Shown piece after piece: positions 58,118 to 64,000 of a stretch of 64,000 bases of DNA; the stretch's first letter is position 1; each line of letters starts with the position of its first letter. The notes below the pieces were generated by a model. That model searched no databases. It worked only from the letters and a program-made list of their open reading frames with translations, and was not told the DNA's origin. The DNA is taken from the NCBI GenBank assembly GCA_002269645.1, contig NIVC01002179.1, positions 124,001 to 188,000 on the forward strand. The letters run 5' to 3'. This DNA is from Macrostomum lignano. Taxonomy: Eukaryota. The translations under genes and the position numbers were made by a program.

Positions 58118-59989
58118 TTAATAGTACACTCGAATCGACTGTTGCTCCCAAGCGGCGTATTCAGAAAACTCTGTCGCTCGTTCAAAGCTCGGCCTGTAGC
58201 TGCTGGTGAACTTTTTGATGGGATCGGCAGCAGCAGCAACTGGCGATCGGCTCTTCTTTCGTTGCTTTTTCTTCTTTTTACTCGGCACCGCAGCCGACAC
58301 TTGATAGTTCTGTCCCACGGCGTTGTCCCAGAATGATTGACCCAAGCTTAGCGCTTCGAAGCAGACGCAGAATTCGAAGTCAACAGCCGGAGTGGGACAC
58401 TGGAATGTAAAGCTAAAACTGTCGTGAGCCCCACCGTCACACAATGATAAATACTTGGCGTCGAAGTCTTTGTAGCTGCGCCAGGAATCGAATGAGACTC
58501 GCACGAAGACTCGCTTATCGAAACAGACATTCTTCACATTGACAATGCCACGAGCTGTGCAGCCCTCGAAATGCAAGCTACTCAGGGAAACGCAATTTCG
58601 TTCGAGATTCTCGCGAAACAGGACATACCGTGAGACTGGCTGCTCAAAACGGCAGTTGTACTGACAGGTGCTCGCCAGGGTAGCCTCCGATTCGCTCTCT
58701 GATGTTGATTCGACTTCCGTTTTGGGCAGTGGCAGGTTCGCCAGAATTTCTGTCAAAAAAAGGACATGAGGATTGGATGTACATGTACTATTTGGGTGGC
58801 GCATCTTTTAGGGAGTGGACAAGGGGCGCCAGCACCCCACGACTATATAACTTTCTTAAGATTTTCTACGAACACCTTTTGCTGAGTCCTGACACACGGA
58901 GAGAGCTTAAAGTCTAAAGCAGTGTTTGAGCAAGTTACATAAAAATCTAAACTGATAGATAAAATAGTTTGAAACTATTAACTAGTTAGGATAGTAGTAT
59001 ATAAAGTGTGTTCATAACAAAATATGGACAAACTCTGCTTGTAACTATAATAAATGGAGCTATAGTCCGTAAGATACTCGTATACTTACACATTTTTTAT
59101 TGATAATGATAATACTAATAATTGATTGCACCTGCCCTAATGGATTATTGCGCGGCGCATCTGAAGACTGCGTACGGCTGTTCAGTCCAAGGAGGGGGGT
59201 CGCCACACAAACCCTCAATTAGCTAATGCTGATGCCCATTTTACAGCTGGGTGAACTGAAGCAACTGAAGCAAACAGTTGTCGAATGCAGACTGAACTCA
59301 CCTCTAGGCAGCACCGGCGGCACCCAGGATGGCTCGCGCATGAGTCGCACCTGGGTCAAATCGAGCCCCATCTCGTCCGCAAATTGGACACGCTTTCGTT
59401 CTTCCAATCCTTTCGAGCGCGCAGACTTGTAAGTGAAGCCGCAAGACGCCACTCGACGCATCTCGGGAAGCTGAAGGCTTTGGCTTAGCATCTGCTCCTG
59501 GTGCTCCAAATACAGTTCCTTTTGCAGCAATCTTGGCAGCTGTTGTTGACTGGGCTTCTCGGATTTTTTCTGACTATCTTCACCATTTTGCTGGCTTTGC
59601 TGCTTTGCGGAAGTTTGTAGCGATCCATTGGCTTGTTTCTGCACTTTTTCTGACTGTTGGTGCAGTTCTAGCCGTGACAGCTGTTGCATCAGTACATCAT
59701 GTTCTTTTTGCGGAATTTGCTGCTCCTGCTGAGGTTTTTGTTGCTGCTGCTGCAGTTTCTGCTTCTGCTTCAACTGACCCTGTTCCGTCTGAGACAGGCT
59801 CTGCTTCTGTTTCTGTTTGAGCAGATTCTGGTCAGATTGACCCAATATCTTCTGTTGTTCTCTCTTGACCGCCTCTGCCGCTTGCTGCTGCATCTGCCGA
59901 GAGCTACTGTTACTCGTGTACTTGTAGAACTGACCGGACTGCGCTTGCAGCTCCATGGGCATCAGTTGCGTTTCAATATCGGAGGACAT
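58118..59989 (-). CDS. PPP1R3: Protein phosphatase 1 glycogen-targeting regulatory subunit (PPP1R3 family, CBM21), about 439 aa, 2 exons
   Basis: Exons 59989-59302 and 58749-58118 (phase 1, 1320 nt). RVxF motif KRVQFADEMGLDLTQVR; CBM21 motifs GIVNVKNVCFDKRVFVRVSFDSWRSY and EFCVCFEALSLGQSFWDNAVGQNY. Confidence 0.92.
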
Positions 59990-60486
59990 GCCCAACGCAG
60001 AGATCAGAAGTCTTTATTGAGACGACACGATGCAAAAAAGAGAGTGACCTTGCCGCAGCTCAGGCGATGAGTTTTGTCACTACCTGTCGGCGTGTTTCGT
60101 GCCAACGGCACTATTTTCTAGAAGAACAATAGCCTCAGTCTTCTACAAGATGCGTCTGCAAAATTAGGGCCTATTTAGCCCGCGTCTTTTAACTTCCAAT
60201 CCGCCAGAAAAGCTGACAGATTTGTATTTCGCTCTGCTTTCTCTGTCTGTGTCTCTGTTCTTCTCTTTCTTAATGCAGCTCTCAAACGAGTAGAGCGGTA
60301 TTTTCCTTGCGTCTCTTTTTGTGTCCACAGATTTGCTATCTCTGCTTACCAAAACCACCCCTCCCTCCAGTCCTGTCTGCAAGCTCTGCGTTGTTATTCG
60401 TCTTTCCGCCTGACCTCCATTTGAAGCCAAATTCATTCGAGATTTCGACGCTGTTTATTATCGCTTTCACGCGGCGAGCAAGTGGT

Positions 60487-60640
60487 TTGGCGGAGGTTGG
60501 GGTGGCTGCTCGGGCTCTTCCGACTGGCCCGTCAGGCCACCTCGTGGTGGAACGCATTTTTAGCCTAGCCAGTTACGTATGCCATTGCGCAAGGGAAATT
60601 CTGGAGAGGAATGCCCAGGAAGAAACTGTATTTTTAGAAC
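60487..60640 (+). mobile_element. Decayed hAT transposase C-terminal dimerisation-domain fragment
   Basis: LAEVGVAARALP...VERIFSLASYVCHCAREILERNAQEETVFL resembles the hAT ERxFSxAG...R..L.....E..VFL consensus. No intact ORF. Confidence 0.45.
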
Positions 60641-61741
60641 GGGACTGTTGTTCAAATAAAATTAGCGCTCTGTGCTACTAACAGCGGCAGTGGTAGTTTA
60701 TCTAGCTAATGTTGAAATTTTTATTGAAAAACTGTGCCTTGTGACAGGTAGCTGAAAAGTCTTGCTAGGTACTTCTACTAGGTGACAACTCTCCAATGTA
60801 AAATTTCCAGTTTGTGAAAGCGACCCCTCCGATCTATAAATCAGTCATTGAATAGGCTCTAGTTACTCAAATCCATATTTTGACTGTTATGTGCAGATAC
60901 CAATAATCTATAAAAAATAACCACATGAGTTTTCTGGACTAGCTGTCGTGTATACAGTGCATGCAGTCAGTCGTATAGCGATTGCCCAACATGTGCAGCT
61001 CCCGGTTTGATGGATACCACAGTAGATTCGGTCGGGCAAATTGCTGTGCAGGATGAGTCTAAACTCCAAACGATAATTCGAGCTCTGCTTACTGTCAATC
61101 ACTCTAATAGCATTGGCGACCCGATGAGGTTAAGCTTCAGGGGTAGAGTTGGGGCGTGATGGTTGGGATCTTGGAAGCTAATCTCCGGGTTACGCGCCTG
61201 GCGCTGCAGTGTTTGCTTTTCAAAACTGCTTGTTGGTCGGTTTTTTTTGTCAGCTGCCGCTAGCAGATATTTGACTACGTAACTAAAAGTGAAATTGCAG
61301 CATAATACAGTGTACACGAATGAGGACCGGTTGCATTCCACCCACATAGAGGGTTGAATCCTGGGCAAAAATATTGTTTGTTCATCTTGACAAATTATAA
61401 CTGAATTCTCCTAATGTTCTCTTTGACTGTGAACGAAGACTTCGAGACATTATCAGAAGTCATCAAATTTCCATGGTCAATAAATATTCTATGATTTTTT
61501 CCTGCAACTACGAGTATCAATACGCATGGGTTCAAGAAATGCGAAGTTTAGGCAATATATAAAGTTAAGGCAATGTTATCTTTAGGCAATGTAAAGCTAA
61601 AGTAATGTGATGCTTAATCAATGTGATGGTTAGGCAGTGTGATGTTTAGTCAATGGGATGTTTAGGCATGTGATGTTTAGTCAATGTGATGTTTAAGTAA
61701 TGTGATGTTTAGTCAATGTGATGTTTAGGCAATGGATAAAT

Positions 61742-61835
61742 AATCAGCGGTCCCAGTGCGTGACATGATTGTCTGGCGAGCGCCGGTAGGCGCGAGCCAT
61801 AGACAAATCGTTGCCACGTGCTGCGACCGCTGATT
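61742..61835. mobile_element. 94-bp foldback (MITE-like) palindrome
   Basis: AATCAGCGGTC/GACCGCTGATT is an 11-bp perfect inverted terminus, with imperfect pairing along the whole length and a central GCGCC-GGTA-GGCGC hairpin. No clear TSD. Confidence 0.5.
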
Positions 61836-62489
61836 CTTTGCATTGTTTTTCTGTTTGACGATCCTACAGACAATGCATTGTTTGTAGTAATGTTTGTTCT
61901 GCATAAAATATACGAATAATGATCGTCAAATTGCTAAACAATGTGATGACAAAGTGAAGCATAGGATATGTGGACTTACTTGGCAAAGGAAACTTTTGCA
62001 CTTTTAAAGATAGCAACTAGCCAAAGCGACAAAAGTTTAGCCATAGACATGCACAGATGCATATAATAATTCAATCAATAATTGAGTCCATTCTCATTAG
62101 CGAAAAAGGAGAGATTAACAAATCAGATACTTTCTTTCTCTTTAATTGAACCAAATCCTACTAATTTAATGCATGCATTCCAACTCTGATTGATTTTGCC
62201 AAACCAAAATGTATATGATTCAGCAATCTTGGGGAAGTTTAATCGAACAGGTCGAACATGTTCTGGCATTCGATTCGGTCTTTATTAGCCGCCTGTTAGT
62301 CTGCAGGTCTGCTGTCCCGCGGCCTTCCCTGGTCGTGAGTGCCCCAGCTAGTCCCAGTCAATTTTCTCAGATATGTGCATATTGATGGAGGGGGCAGAGA
62401 CACATTTGAGCTGAGGCAACCCAGCTGCTCATCAACTGCCAACAGCCCTCTGGTTCAATTCATTTTTGTATCTGTCTACTACTCTTTTC

Positions 62490-63290
62490 CGTGCTAGTCT
62501 CTGATTACCTCTCCCTCTCCCTGTCTCCCTCTCCTTGTCTCCCGGTCTTCCTGTCTCCCTCTCCCCCTCTCCCTGTCTCCCTCTCCCTGTCTCCCTCTCC
62601 CTGTCTCCCTCTCCCTGTCTCCCTCTCCCTGTCTCCCTCTCCCTGTCTCCCTCTCCCTGTCTCCCTCTCCCTGTCTCCCTCTCCCTGTCTCCCTCTCCCT
62701 GTCTCCCTCTCCCTGTCTCCCTCTCCCTGTCTCCCTCTCCCTGTCTCCCTCTCCCTGTCTCCCTCTCCCTGTCTCCCTCTCCCTGTCTCCTTCTCCTGAC
62801 CCCCTCTCCCTGTCTCCTTTTCCCTGTCTCCTTCTCCCTGTCTCCTTCTCCCTGTCTCCTTCTCCCTGTCTCACTCTCCCTGTCTCCTTCTCCCCTGTCT
62901 CCTTCTCCCTGTCTCCTTCTCCCTGTCTCCTTCTCCTGTCTCCCTCTCCCTGTCTCCTTCTCCCCGTCTCCTTCTCCCTGTCTCCTTCTCCTGTCTCCCT
63001 CTTCCTGTCTCCCTCTCCTGTCTCCCTCTCCATGACTTCCTCTCCCTGTCTCCCTCTCCTGTCTCCCTCTCCCTGTCTCCCTCTCACTGTCTCCCTCTCC
63101 CTGCTTCCCTGTCTCCCTACCCTGTCTCCATCTCTCCCTCCCCTGTCTCCCTGCTTCCCTGTCTCCCTACCCTGTCTCCATCTCTCCCTCCCCTGTCTCC
63201 CTCTCACTGTCTCCCTCTCACTGTCTCCCTCCCCTGTCTCCCTCTCCCTGTCTCCCTCTCACTGTCTTCCTCTCCCTGTCTCTCCTACTC
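62490..63290. repeat. 14-bp pyrimidine minisatellite (CTCCCTGTCTCCCT)n
   Basis: Core near-perfect, flanks degenerate. Confidence 0.94.
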
Positions 63291-64000
63291 CAAAACTGCA
63301 TTACGAGTATTTTGCTACCAAAACACGCCAACTTCAACAGAACCATGGACGTTGCTTTTATAGTTTCCAAAATCGAAAAATTCCTTTATGTTGAAGAACT
63401 ACACCAGAAGAAACTGTTCTGAAACAATGTTCTGCTTCGTTTAGTTTGTGCTGCTTGTCCTCAGAAACAATCTGGCTGTGACACCGCGAACTACTCGACA
63501 AGTTTTCGTCAAATTTGACGAGCCAACATCGAAATCTGTCCGTTCTGTCCGAATCTCGAACCACTTGAAACAAAAAAATTCTTTTTATGGGTCACGTTTG
63601 AAAAGAAAGAAATGCCAAAGCAAGGTAATGCTGACTGCCCAACTAGACTTTAACCTATAGGCTTCATCCCTCGATGACCTCCTGCAGATGATGATGAAGC
63701 AACTGACTTGTGTCGGCATGACCCTCAGCTGGCACTCGAAACTCTACGAGACAGAAGTTGCGTCATTTCAGTTGTTGCGGTTTTGCATTCCACGCGTGCA
63801 GCTTCCACAATCGCAGCATTATCCTCATCACTCCGTCATCCAGCCAGTTCCAGTTTTGTTCCTCATTTCACCCGGGTAACAAAATCCCCATTTCGCAGTT
63901 TCGCACCTCTAATCGCCCACCTGGACTAACTTAATTCTTACGCTGAGGTTTGAAAGACCTGGTGACCTTTCACAGTGTATGTATATCAACATATGTATAT

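Noticed and set aside
61010-61115. LQTIIRALLTVNHSNS, faintly like an hAT dimerisation-domain PHSNA motif
   Set aside because: Too short and lacks the following ERxFS; cannot be supported without a profile search.
63448-63929. Moderately GC-rich short ORFs at the window end
   Set aside because: No family recognised and the frames contain stops; might be exons of a gene continuing beyond the window, but unsupported here.

Overview
Eukaryotic (animal) genomic DNA with spliceosomal GT-AG introns, GC-rich exons and AT-rich spacers. A large share of the window (very roughly 40%) is micro- and minisatellite. The overall style resembles the flatworm Macrostomum, but that assignment is inference only. 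Four spliced genes were reconstructed by hand with consistent exon phases: MAP10-like (minus, 8 exons), SEC14-like CRAL-TRIO/GOLD (plus, 4 exons), an LRR-Ig-TM receptor resembling IGLR-2 (plus, 5 exons) and a PP1 glycogen-targeting subunit PPP1R3 (minus, 2 exons). Also present: an intronless RING-less TRIM/NHL-like gene with an upstream NHL-only paralogue broken by one UAG, a 946-aa orphan ORF with an 11x19-aa coding repeat, an SLC35A4-like pseudogene, a tRNA-derived SINE, two tiny palindromic MITE-like elements, hAT remnants and more than 25 tandem arrays. Most long ORFs in the supplied track are artefacts of these arrays. No prokaryotic features, rRNA, true tRNA or CRISPR were seen. The most interesting leads are a minisatellite that multiplies a real splice donor in frame, a possible readthrough/operon NHL pair, a 47-bp TIR+TSD element, an intronic array of K50-homeodomain sites and an 11-mer cytoplasmic repeat in the LRR-Ig receptor. 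All family calls come from remembered motifs; no database search was run.
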